In this document: one piece after another, positions 27,159-35,781 of the stretch | How positions within the stretch are numbered: the stretch's first letter is position 1 | Layout of the letters: every line of letters starts with the position of its first letter | Source: Terrimicrobiaceae bacterium | Lineage (GTDB): Bacteria; Verrucomicrobiota; Verrucomicrobiia; Chthoniobacterales; Terrimicrobiaceae | DNA length: 49,112 nt | Assembly (NCBI GenBank): GCA_041752695.1 | Contig: JBGSVZ010000037.1 | Span: 1-49,112, forward strand | Direction of reading: 5' to 3' | The notes under the pieces: generated by a model | What the model saw: the letters and a program-made list of their open reading frames with translations, nothing else | What the model was told of the DNA's origin: nothing | Databases searched by the model: none | Translations under genes and position numbers: made by a program

Positions 27159-29671
27159 CTTTGAGAATATTTAGCGTCTTCGATAGGGAGGGGAACGGGA
27201 TTGAACTGTAACCGCACTTGAGTCCAGCCATCGGGCCGTGTTGGGCTCATATGTAATTGACCACCTAAAGACTGCATGATGCGGTCCACAATCCACAGTC
27301 CGATTCCCGAACCTTCGCCGGTGGTAAATTGTGCAATAGGGCTGCGCCAACTTCGTTGCTTAGCCATTCGGACTTCTTGTGGTTTTAAAGGGATTCCCTT
27401 GTTCCACACATGGAGATACCATCCCCCTTCTGCAAGCGACCCGCCGTTCAGCCTTACCTCTTGTTGCGAATAACTGTATTTAATCGCGTTATCGAGGACA
27501 TTGTGAACGGCATGCATCAACAACTCAGCGTCCATAACAGACTTGTGTGGAATGGATTTTTTGATTCCGTCGAAATCAGCTGTGAACCACAATCTCATTC
27601 TAGGATGTGATCGCACCCTTGCGCTTTCCCAAGCATCTTCGAGAACTTCTATGATTTGCTTTGCTTCGAGCGTTTGATGGCTAGCAACAATAAACCCGGA
27701 GCGAGCAAGTTGACCAAATATGCCCACGCGCCGCGCAGTGCGAAAAGATCTTTTCACAAGTCTTGCAGCCTTGTCTGCGGCAAATCGGAGATCCGACTCC
27801 GGATCAAACGCTTGCGCCACCTCGTCGATACGGCGGGCAGCTTCCACCAACGGCCCCTTCATCTGATGCATGATGTCTCGAAAAGCATCGTTGGTAAGTG
27901 TTTCAGCTTCTAACCTTCTATGCTCGGCCTTTTGCTGGCCTGAAAGGGCGGTGCGAGTAGCTAAATGATGACTCAGAAATGCGGCGATCAGCCTCGCTGC
28001 ATAAACAGCATGATCAGGAAACGGCTCAGAGGAGGAGCTTCCGAGTTCTAGCGCCCCAAACTTCTTGTCGGGTGTATTAATTGGAAAAACGTGTTGTCTC
28101 GCGAGACCCGGCAACCTCATCGGAAGTTGATTTAGCGAAGGAAGACTTGGCAGCCGAATCTCTTTTCCATTTCTGCATGCCTGCGCTGCGGGACTGTCTC
28201 CGAGGAGGGGCAAGCGCTGGTTCATGTATTCTGACCATTTAGTAATGTCCTGTGCGTTGGCTCCGTGAGAATCCTGGATCCATGGCACTAAACTGCAAAC
28301 TAGATCTTTGCCGCTTTCATCAAGAAGCCACAATGCATTTAAATCTGCTGTCTTAGCAATCTCATCAAGGAGATTAAAGCAACCTAGAGTAAATTCGTCT
28401 AGCGACTCAGTGCGGCCCATTGGTCGATTCTGCGGGCTTCTATACTGTCCTCTTGAGTTGAGTACTAAACTTATTTTACGCCATGCCGATACCTCGGTCG
28501 CGAATGATGCATTTCTCATCCGCAATTCGCACTGCCGGCCGAGTTGATCAGCAACGAGCTCCAAGAGATGCTGATCTTGTCGTGAGAAGTATGATATTGG
28601 TGGCGTAGCAATCCAGCATCGAATGACACCATGAATTCTTTTTCCTGCTTTTACTGGAACGCAAAGAAACGAGAGTGGCGTAGACTCCAGAGAAGAGTCA
28701 CTCTCGAAGCTCACCCCTAACGCTTCAGCTGCATCTTTATCAAGATTGTTTTCCATCGACCATCGAAAACCGGGAAGTCCGTTCTTTTTCAAATCGCCAA
28801 CCTCAGCCTGAGGCTGTCGCATGTCGAAAAGACGGATTGAACGTTTCACCGTTAAGCACGCTTCTGTGAAGCTCACCGCGTTGGTGTTCACGCGCCAAGT
28901 TTCAAGCCGAATCCGCTTTTTGTGAGTGGGCGTTGAGTGGATAGCAATGGCCTTAAATACATCTGGCTTATCCACGGAACTCAGGATGATGGATGTCTCC
29001 GCTGTATGAAATAGATTTGCAATCAGATTGCCTAACCTTTGCATACTCGCTTTCCAAGCTCGCGCAGACGTCGCGCTCTGGTCAGAAGCGGAGTCTTCAG
29101 CTTTGAAAATGTCGCCCGCTTTCTCCAGAAGTTCCTGCCGGGCACGTGTTTGCGCAGCAGCGAGGAGTTCCGGGATGAACTGGAAGATTTTCTTCAATAC
29201 AGTGGTGTCCGCTTTCTTGAAATCAGCAGAGTCTGCTGTTCGATAAACTGTAACGGCACCGAGCGTTCCGTCCCGGAATTTGAAAGGTAGAGCGATCGTT
29301 TTATTAAGATCGTGTCGCCTTAAAAATGGGTGATCTTTGTATCTTCCGCCATCCTTTCTGATGTCGTTCACGATGCTCGGCATCCAATCACGCACCGTTT
29401 TACCGGCAATCGTCTCTTCAAAATCGAGATTGTGAATCCCAAAACTTCCTATTCCCGGGAAAGCGGTGGCCAACATAAACAGATAGCCAGTGGGAGTTGA
29501 AGCCTTAGGTTCAGCGCCCTCGGTTGCCTGCCACAAAACAGCTCCCGAGGCGTCGAGCGAACGAATTGTGACTTCAAGCATGTCGCGAATGCAGTCACGA
29601 GCATTCTTGCCAAGAGCGGCCTTCAACAACTTTGGAAGACATCCTGGAGGCTGTTGGTTCTCGCTACTCAT
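27155..29671 (-). CDS. Cytoplasmic multi-GAF sensor histidine kinase
   Basis: GAF-like signatures (IALPFKFRDGTLGAVTVYR; FLCVPVKAGKRIHGVIR; VFPINTPDKKFGALEL), H-box IMHQMKGPL, NVLDNAIKYS, NKG, GSGIGL; no TM helix. Confidence 0.9.
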   Translation of the reverse strand: MSSENQQPPGCLPKLLKAALGKNARDCIRDMLEVTIRSLDASGAVLWQATEGAEPKASTPTGYLFMLATAFPGIGSFGIHNLDFEETIAGKTVRDWMPSIVNDIRKDGGRYKDHPFLRRHDLNKTIALPFKFRDGTLGAVTVYRTADSADFKKADTTVLKKIFQFIPELLAAAQTRARQELLEKAGDIFKAEDSASDQSATSARAWKASMQRLGNLIANLFHTAETSIILSSVDKPDVFKAIAIHSTPTHKKRIRLETWRVNTNAVSFTEACLTVKRSIRLFDMRQPQAEVGDLKKNGLPGFRWSMENNLDKDAAEALGVSFESDSSLESTPLSFLCVPVKAGKRIHGVIRCWIATPPISYFSRQDQHLLELVADQLGRQCELRMRNASFATEVSAWRKISLVLNSRGQYRSPQNRPMGRTESLDEFTLGCFNLLDEIAKTADLNALWLLDESGKDLVCSLVPWIQDSHGANAQDITKWSEYMNQRLPLLGDSPAAQACRNGKEIRLPSLPSLNQLPMRLPGLARQHVFPINTPDKKFGALELGSSSSEPFPDHAVYAARLIAAFLSHHLATRTALSGQQKAEHRRLEAETLTNDAFRDIMHQMKGPLVEAARRIDEVAQAFDPESDLRFAADKAARLVKRSFRTARRVGIFGQLARSGFIVASHQTLEAKQIIEVLEDAWESARVRSHPRMRLWFTADFDGIKKSIPHKSVMDAELLMHAVHNVLDNAIKYSYSQQEVRLNGGSLAEGGWYLHVWNKGIPLKPQEVRMAKQRSWRSPIAQFTTGEGSGIGLWIVDRIMQSLGGQLHMSPTRPDGWTQVRLQFNPVPLPIEDAKYSQR

Positions 29672-29970
29672 CGTCGGATTGATCAGCTTTGAGGCTACCT
29701 TTCAAGATGACTCTTGGCACCAACTTTCTGATGGATTGTTCATTTTGCCGAAGCATCCTAGGATGAGAGACGCCGTCTCATAGCTCGGCCGCTGAGTCTG
29801 TGAGGAGGTGACTCCTCGAGTTTCTGGAGGACGGTCGTATCAGATCTAAGTTTCCCGAATAACTTCGTGTTCAGTGAGTATTCAGCAGATATGGTTTTCT
29901 CACGTGTCGCCATATTCTTGTGATTTGTTGCCCTGGCGTTTGACCAATACATCTTGGAACTGTCCAAAAA

Positions 29971-30219
29971 TTATTTCTCATTCTCCAGCATATCGTCGGT
30001 CATCTCGATCTCGATGACCCCCTGTTTTGCTCGGTTCGCGAGTTCCTCTCGCGCTCCCTGCAGGTAATCCCGCTGTTTCATGACCATGTAGCACAGGGAG
30101 GCCAGGGCAGCGTGGACCATTTCGAGTTCAACGCGGAGGCGTTCCTGGACGTCGGCTTCTTTGGTTCCGGCGGATTGTTCCATGCCGGCGGCGAGGGTCC
30201 GCAACAGGGCAGGGGTCAC
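29971..30219 (-). CDS. Hypothetical helical protein or gene fragment
   Basis: 82-aa ORF with host-like codon usage; its GTG start arises at the junction of the 19-bp duplication. Confidence 0.45.
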   Translation of the reverse strand: MTPALLRTLAAGMEQSAGTKEADVQERLRVELEMVHAALASLCYMVMKQRDYLQGAREELANRAKQGVIEIEMTDDMLENEK

Positions 30220-30237
30220 GCAACAGGGCAGGGGTCA
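30200..30237. repeat. Exact 19-bp tandem duplication
   Basis: CGCAACAGGGCAGGGGTCA at 30200-30218 and 30219-30237. Confidence 0.95.
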
Positions 30238-30488
30238 GTCAACAAATCTTGACAAAGTTCCTCCAACGTTTCCGGAATCGGTCTGTTGACCAGACTGAGT
30301 GCGCTGGCGGGGGGAGCGTCGGAGGTGACGTTCTCGATGTGGTTGGCTTTGAAACACTCGGTCTTGCCGTCGAGGCTGTAAATATCGGCGGAGTTCGCCA
30401 GGGTGTCGGGCAGACGGAATTTCGTGGCGATTTCAGTGTGGGGATTGCCGGTCATGGCGACGACGACTTTGCGCCCGCGCAAGGGCAT
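30216..30488 (-). CDS. Hypothetical protein or fragment reading through the right IR
   Basis: ATG 30488, 90 aa, ends LCQDLLTDPCPVA, encoded by the IR and duplication. Confidence 0.45.
   Translation of the reverse strand: MPLRGRKVVVAMTGNPHTEIATKFRLPDTLANSADIYSLDGKTECFKANHIENVTSDAPPASALSLVNRPIPETLEELCQDLLTDPCPVA
30231..30259 (-). repeat. Right copy of 29-bp inverted repeat
   Basis: GGGGTCAGTCAACAAATCTTGACAAAGTT with internal hairpin GTCAA/TTGAC. Confidence 0.85.
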
Positions 30489-30786
30489 GAAATAAGGAAG
30501 GCGAATTCGTCTACGGGTCGAAGTTCTTACCGGGATGGCCGGGTGGGCGGAGCCGGGGGAAAGGTCGGAAGAGCGCGGGTTGTCATCCTGAACCGGCGGC
30601 AGGCATCCTGGTTGCGTGGTGCGTTGGCACGCGGCCATCGGGGGCGGCGACTGGCGTTCGAGGTTAACTTTTGCCGATCGGTTTGCCAAAGATGTCTGGA
30701 TCAACGCCTTACGCCCGGGATCGGGAGTGTCAGGGAGGAAACTGTTTTTGCGACGGATGCGCGGAATCTGGCCGGCATGCGTTATC

Positions 30787-30868
30787 GCGGACCTTCGGCC
30801 CGCATTCACTCCTTGCCGACCACACCCAGGCCTCCGGCCTGGGCTGGAGAATTTTGCACCGTTGGTGC
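30787..30868. repeat. REP-like multi-hairpin element
   Basis: Three stem-loops: GCGGACC-TTC-GGCCCGC (30787-803), CCCAGGCC-TCC-GGCCTGGG (30825-843), GCACC-GTT-GGTGC (30856-868). Confidence 0.7.
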
Positions 30869-30958
30869 TTCGGAGGCGGAACAGCGGGGGACTGCTCGTT
30901 CTGAGCGGAGTTGATCCCTTGTCCAGCCGGACGGTTTGTCCGATCTGGGAGAACCTCC

Positions 30959-31411
30959 CTACTTCATCGGAAACTTCGCCAGATGTTTCGCGAGCTTGCG
31001 GAAACCGGGCAGCGCGGCGTCGCTGATGTGGTGTTCGATGCCCTCGATGTCGGCGTAAAATTGGTCGGGATTCAGCCCCATCAGGCGGAAAATCTCGGAG
31101 AGCACCGCGTGGCGCTCCTGGATGGAATTGGCTACCTCCTCGCCCTTCGGCGTCAGCATGAACCCCCGGTAGGGTTCCCTCCTCAAATATCCCAAATCCG
31201 CCAGGCGTTTGATCATGATCGAAACACTCGGACGGATCAGGTCCAGTTCGTCCGCCACGTCGGAGACCGACGCGTAGCCGTTGCGGCCGATCAGATTGGA
31301 AATGCACTCCAGATAATCCTCCGCGCTTTCGGTCAGACCGCTACGGTGATGGGAACTGAGCTTGGCGCGCTTCGCCGGGGCTTCCGGGGCGGGACGGGAC
31401 TTGCGGGGCAT
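30959..31411 (-). CDS. mntR: MntR/DtxR-family metal-dependent transcriptional regulator
   Basis: EDYLECI, SVSDVADEL...PSVSIMIKRL, LTPKG, ERHAVL, EGIEHHIS. Confidence 0.92.
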   Translation of the reverse strand: MPRKSRPAPEAPAKRAKLSSHHRSGLTESAEDYLECISNLIGRNGYASVSDVADELDLIRPSVSIMIKRLADLGYLRREPYRGFMLTPKGEEVANSIQERHAVLSEIFRLMGLNPDQFYADIEGIEHHISDAALPGFRKLAKHLAKFPMK

Positions 31412-31456
31412 GGCCTTCTCTTAACGCACGACGGCGGTTAATCCAGCCGAAATCCC

Positions 31457-31480
31457 AAAAGTTTGTTATGTTAAACTTTT
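31457..31480. promoter_or_regulatory. Putative MntR/DtxR operator
   Basis: AT-rich palindrome AAAAGTTT-GTTATGTT-AAACTTTT between divergent mntR and troA. Confidence 0.75.
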
Positions 31481-31520
31481 ATTGTTGACCCAACCCCGGT
31501 CACCCTTTATCGGTGCGGTG

Positions 31521-32432
31521 ATGGGAAAAGCGATTTATGTGGTATGGGGGTTGTTGTTGACCCTGGGGATGACGGGTTCGGTCTGGGCGGAGGGCAAGGT
31601 CAAGGCTGCGGTGACGATCGGCATGGCGGCGGATTTGGTTCGCCAGGTTGGGGGGGAACGGATCGAAGTGAGCCAGTTGATGGGGCCCGGGGTGGATCCG
31701 CATTTGTACAAACCGACGGCGGCGGACGCGACCACCCTGAGCAAGGCGGACGTGATTTTTTACAGTGGCCTCATGCTGGAGGGGCGGATGGCAGACCTTT
31801 TCGCCCGCCTTGCCCGCTCGGGCCGCAAAGTTTACCCGATCACGGAGTCCGTGCCTGAGGACCAGTTGCTGGAGCCGGCGGAATTCCAGGGGCACTATGA
31901 TCCGCACCTCTGGTTCGACGTGAAGATGTGGTCGGAAACGGTGCCCACCATTGTCAAGGGCCTCAGTGAAACGGACCCGGCCGGCCGCGAGCTCTACGAA
32001 AAAAATGGCGCGGCCCTGCGCGAAAAGATGGCGGCGCTGGACGCATGGTGTCGGGAAACCGCGGCATCGGTCCCGGCCACGCAGCGCATTCTCGTGACCA
32101 GCCACGACGCCTATAACTATTTCGGTCGCGCTTATGGATTTAAGGTCGTCGGATTGCAGGGGGTTTCCACCGTGTCCGAAGCCGCACTGGCCGACATGGC
32201 CGGGCTGGTGGATTTTATCAAAGAGCAAAAGGTGAAGGCCATTTTTGTGGAAAGCAGCGTGAACCCCGCGGCCATTCAGCGGGTAGCGGAGGATGCGGGC
32301 GTAAAGGTCGGGGGCGAATTGTTCTCCGATGCCATGGGGAAACCCGGCGAAAAGCGTGACGGATTCGATACGGGGACCTACGAAGGGATGGTGCGGTACA
32401 ATCTCACCACCATCGTTAATGCGTTGAAATAA
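31521..32432 (+). CDS. troA: Mn/Zn/Fe ABC transporter substrate-binding protein
   Basis: GVDPHLY, DPHLWFD, TSHDAYNYF, FVESSV, LFSDAMG. Confidence 0.93.
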   Translation: MGKAIYVVWGLLLTLGMTGSVWAEGKVKAAVTIGMAADLVRQVGGERIEVSQLMGPGVDPHLYKPTAADATTLSKADVIFYSGLMLEGRMADLFARLARSGRKVYPITESVPEDQLLEPAEFQGHYDPHLWFDVKMWSETVPTIVKGLSETDPAGRELYEKNGAALREKMAALDAWCRETAASVPATQRILVTSHDAYNYFGRAYGFKVVGLQGVSTVSEAALADMAGLVDFIKEQKVKAIFVESSVNPAAIQRVAEDAGVKVGGELFSDAMGKPGEKRDGFDTGTYEGMVRYNLTTIVNALK

Positions 32433-33196
32433 TGGACGGCGAGACACCGCTCGAAGTTCACGACCTGAGCGTGGCTTATCACAAAAAGCCCGTGCTCTAC
32501 GGCATCGATCTTGCGGTGCCGGCCGGAAAACTCATCGGCATCGTCGGGCCGAATGGAGCCGGCAAATCCACCTTCATCAAGGCCGTGATGGGCCTCCTGC
32601 CGCTTTCCAGCGGGTGGGTGAAGGTTTATGGGAAATCCTATCGGGAAAATTGCCGCCGGGTCGGCTATGTGCCGCAGCGGGAATCAGTGGACTGGGATTT
32701 CCCCGTCAACGTGATGGATGTCGTGTTGATGGGCCGCTACGGACGCCTCCGGCTCGGTCAGCGTCCGGGCGCGAAAGATCGCGAGGTGGCCCGGGAGTGC
32801 CTGGAAAAAGTCCACATGCTGCCTTATGCCAAACGGCAGATCGGCAACCTTTCCGGAGGTCAGCAACAGCGGGTCTTTCTCGCCCGCGCCCTCGCCCAGG
32901 AGAGCGATCTTTATTTGATGGATGAACCTTTTGTCGGCGTGGATGCCGCGACGGAGTCAGCCATTGTGACCCTTTTGCGGGAACTCAAGGAACGGGGGAA
33001 AACCGTTCTCGTCGTGCACCACGACCTCTCCTCGGCCAAGGAGTATTTCGACATGCTGATGTTGTTAAACATGCGTCTCGTTGCGTTTGGTCCGACTGCG
33101 GAGGTCTTCACTCCGGAAAAGTTGCAAACCACCTACGGCGGCCGACTCACCATCCTTTCCGAGGTCGTGCAAACGATTGGGACGGTGGAAAAATGA
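32432..33196 (+). CDS. troB: Metal ABC transporter ATP-binding protein
   Basis: GPNGAGKST, YVPQR, LSGGQQQR, LMDEPF, VHHDL. Confidence 0.95.
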   Translation: MDGETPLEVHDLSVAYHKKPVLYGIDLAVPAGKLIGIVGPNGAGKSTFIKAVMGLLPLSSGWVKVYGKSYRENCRRVGYVPQRESVDWDFPVNVMDVVLMGRYGRLRLGQRPGAKDREVARECLEKVHMLPYAKRQIGNLSGGQQQRVFLARALAQESDLYLMDEPFVGVDAATESAIVTLLRELKERGKTVLVVHHDLSSAKEYFDMLMLLNMRLVAFGPTAEVFTPEKLQTTYGGRLTILSEVVQTIGTVEK

Positions 33197-34743
33197 GCGG
33201 GCTCTTACGTAGCGGAAAACGTGAGTTTTTCGATGCTTCACACGCCCATCCCAAAAGTCGGACGCGTGGGGTTAACTCGACTGCGGCTCGGACCTCCGCA
33301 TTCGCTCCGGTTCGCATCCCTACCTTATTGATTTTCGCCGCGCTCGTTCTCCTGCCGCAGGCCCTGTACGCCGCACGCATCAGCGAACTCACCGACACCA
33401 GTCTCACCGAACGGGCGGTCCGCTTTTTCACCTTCCAGGATCCGTCGCTGCGCTTTGCTTTGCTTGGCTCGGTACTCTTGGGCATCTGCTGCGGCCTGAT
33501 GGGCTCATTTCTCGTCGTGCGCAAGCTGGCTTTGATGAGTGACGCCCTTTCCCACGCCGTGCTGCCGGGAGTCGCGCTCGGATTCCTTTGGAACATGAGC
33601 AAGGACCCCGTCGCCATTTTTATCGGGGCGACCATTGCCGGCCTGCTGGGGGCCGGTCTCGTGCAGGCCATCCGCAGCACGACCAAACACAAGGAGGATG
33701 CCGCGCTGGGGTTTGTTCTCGCGTCCTTTTTTGCGGTGGGGGCGTGCCTCGTGACAATGATCCAGAACCTGCCGGACGGCAACAAAAGCGGCCTCGACAA
33801 ATTTATGTTCGGCCAGGCCGCGGCGCTTGGACGCGCTGATGTGATCCTGCTCGGAATCGTCGCCGTTGTGACCGTGGTGATCGTGCTGCTCTTCTACAAA
33901 GAATTTTTAGTCACCAGCTTCGATGCCGCATTCGCCAGCTCGGGGGGGATCCCCGCGCAGATATTTCATTATGTGCTGATGGTGCTGCTCGCCTTTGCCA
34001 TCGTCTCCTCTTTGCAGGCGGTGGGGGTGGTCCTGGTGGCGGCCATGCTCGTGATCCCGGCCGCGGCGGCCTACTTGCTGACGGACCGTTTCGGTTGGAT
34101 GCTCATTCTCGCGGCGGCCTTCGGAGTGGCGACGGGCGCCATGGGGTCGTTTCTTTCTTTTGTCGGCCGCAATCTTCCCACGGGCCCACTGATGGTGCTG
34201 GCCGCGACGGCCGTGTTCATTGCCGCCCTGCTCTTCGGTCCGCGGCACGGCGTGCTCGCCAAATGGTGGCGTCAGCGTTCCCAATCCGCGCGGATCGGCC
34301 GGGAGAACATGCTGAAGGCGATGTACCATTTATTGGAAGGTGAGAATTTCCGCGGGGAAACGATCCCGATTCGGGAACTGGCCGAAGCCCGGCGGGAGCC
34401 GATTGAAGATGTGACCAAGAGCGTCGCCAAGCTGCGCGCGCATGGGCTGGTCTCTTTCTCGTCGGATCATAAGGCGGCCGTTTTCACGCCCGACGGGTGG
34501 AAACGGGCCTGCGAGATCGTGCGCAATCACCGCCTCTGGGAGCTGTATCTCACCCATGCGGCGAATTATGCGGTGGACCACGTCCACGAGGACGCGGAAA
34601 AAATCGAGCACATCCTGGGCGAAGACACGGTGCGACAATTGGAAAAACGGCTGAACTATGCGCACCAGGATCCCCACGGAAAGCTCATTCCGGGGCACCA
34701 GGACATCTATGGCAAAGGGCCGGTGAGGCAGGGGGCGCGGTGA
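33193..34743 (+). CDS. troC: Metal ABC permease fused to a C-terminal DtxR-like domain
   Basis: DALSHAVLPG ABC-3 permease; C-terminus ENMLKAMY...VRNHRLWELYL...HEDAEKIEH...DPHG; true start uncertain. Confidence 0.9.
   Translation: MSGLLRSGKREFFDASHAHPKSRTRGVNSTAARTSAFAPVRIPTLLIFAALVLLPQALYAARISELTDTSLTERAVRFFTFQDPSLRFALLGSVLLGICCGLMGSFLVVRKLALMSDALSHAVLPGVALGFLWNMSKDPVAIFIGATIAGLLGAGLVQAIRSTTKHKEDAALGFVLASFFAVGACLVTMIQNLPDGNKSGLDKFMFGQAAALGRADVILLGIVAVVTVVIVLLFYKEFLVTSFDAAFASSGGIPAQIFHYVLMVLLAFAIVSSLQAVGVVLVAAMLVIPAAAAYLLTDRFGWMLILAAAFGVATGAMGSFLSFVGRNLPTGPLMVLAATAVFIAALLFGPRHGVLAKWWRQRSQSARIGRENMLKAMYHLLEGENFRGETIPIRELAEARREPIEDVTKSVAKLRAHGLVSFSSDHKAAVFTPDGWKRACEIVRNHRLWELYLTHAANYAVDHVHEDAEKIEHILGEDTVRQLEKRLNYAHQDPHGKLIPGHQDIYGKGPVRQGAR
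33209..33323. repeat. Inverted pair of GTAG-type REP elements
   Basis: GTAG-CGGAAAAC-GTGA-GTTTTTCG on +; GTAG-GGATGCGAACC-GGAGCGAATGCGGA-GGTCCGAGCC on -. Confidence 0.6.
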
Positions 34744-35696
34744 TGGGCGAATTGATTCCCGCCTTTGATTTTCACCGGGTGATCGTTGAACCGTGGACGG
34801 AAGGTTTTTCCCTCACCATCTGGATCGTTTTGATGGGCGCCCTGGTGGGCACGGCCTGCGGGCTGGTGGGCAATTACCTCCTGCTCCGCCGCATGGCCTT
34901 GGTCGGCGACGCCATTAGTCATAGTATTCTTCCCGGACTGGTGGTGGCGTTTATGATCTTTCGGACCGTGAACACCCCGGTGATGTTTATTGGTGCCCTG
35001 GGGGCCGGACTGCTAACGGTGGCGATCATCGAGTTCATCCAAAAGCAGACCCGGGTGAAGGTGGACGCGGCCATCTGTATTGCCTTTACGAGCCTCTTTG
35101 CCTTTGGCGTCACGTTGGTCAGCGCCGCCGAAGCGGCGGGCCCGGTGCATGTGGATGCGGAATGTGTGCTGTATGGCGAGATTGCGCTCGTGCCCTTTGA
35201 TCCGCCGTTTGTCCTCGGCGGAATCGAGCTCGGCCCTCCTCCTGTCCTGCGCATGGCCATCGTGACTCTTCTTCTGGCGGTGGCCATTCTGGCATTTTAC
35301 AAAGAGCTTCTCATCACCTCTTTTGATCCTGGCTTGTCGCGATCCATGGGGCTGCGCACGACCTTCTGGCATTACGGGCTGATGATTGCGCTGTCGCTCG
35401 TGGTCGTCAGCGCTTTTGAATCGGTCGGTGCCATTCTTGCTGTGGCAATGCTGATTGTTCCAGCGATGTTCGCGGCGCAGATTTCCTCCCGACTGCCGAT
35501 GCGCCTCCTTTGGACGGGCATTCATGCGGTGGTCAGCGCCGTCACCGGCTATCATCTCTCCGTCTGGCTCCAGTGTTCGGCCGCCGCCGCGATGGTGGTA
35601 TGCGGTGCGGCACTTTTTGTCCTCGCCTGGGGCTTCACAGCACTGGGCAAACGGCGCGCGCATGTCGAATCCACGGCATTGCAGCGGGAAGCTTGA
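34743..35696 (+). CDS. troD: Metal ABC permease
   Basis: GDAISHSILPG, VHVDAECVLYGE, FYKELLITSFD, SAFESVGAIL. Confidence 0.92.
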   Translation: MGELIPAFDFHRVIVEPWTEGFSLTIWIVLMGALVGTACGLVGNYLLLRRMALVGDAISHSILPGLVVAFMIFRTVNTPVMFIGALGAGLLTVAIIEFIQKQTRVKVDAAICIAFTSLFAFGVTLVSAAEAAGPVHVDAECVLYGEIALVPFDPPFVLGGIELGPPPVLRMAIVTLLLAVAILAFYKELLITSFDPGLSRSMGLRTTFWHYGLMIALSLVVVSAFESVGAILAVAMLIVPAMFAAQISSRLPMRLLWTGIHAVVSAVTGYHLSVWLQCSAAAAMVVCGAALFVLAWGFTALGKRRAHVESTALQREA

Positions 35697-35781
35697 GACT
35701 TACAGCGCCCTTTGGCGGCGTTTTCTGAGGGCAAACAACCACACCCGGCCTCTGGCGCGATAAGGCAGCATCCTTCGCCCT

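Larger units (their letters stand above)
24434..30259. mobile_element. Putative horizontally acquired island bounded by inverted repeats (no transposase or integrase in the window)
   Basis: Visibly AT-richer sequence and codon usage from about 24390 to 29970 (by eye, not computed); flanking 29-bp IRs; adjacent TA module. Confidence 0.65.

Noticed and set aside
29758..29967. 69-aa ORF upstream of the GAF kinase
   Set aside because: TTG start, no RBS or motif; more likely promoter region
24434..30259. Tn3-family or Tn7-like transposon call
   Set aside because: GGGG ends point inward, no target-site duplication, and no transposase or resolvase gene
29971..30488. Idea that the two small ORFs are one gene frameshifted by the 19-bp duplication
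   Set aside because: Removing 19 bp does not restore the frame; 23 bp would be needed, and the extra TGAC is part of the IR motif conserved in the left copy
23515..30541. 11-bp inverted match CGGCCATCCCG (23515) / CGGGATGGCCG (30531) as outer island ends
   Set aside because: Short, GC-rich and does not extend; plausible by chance
30216..31307. 363-aa ORF as a single protein
   Set aside because: Overlaps mntR out of frame and runs through the REP element; only the last 90 codons look coding
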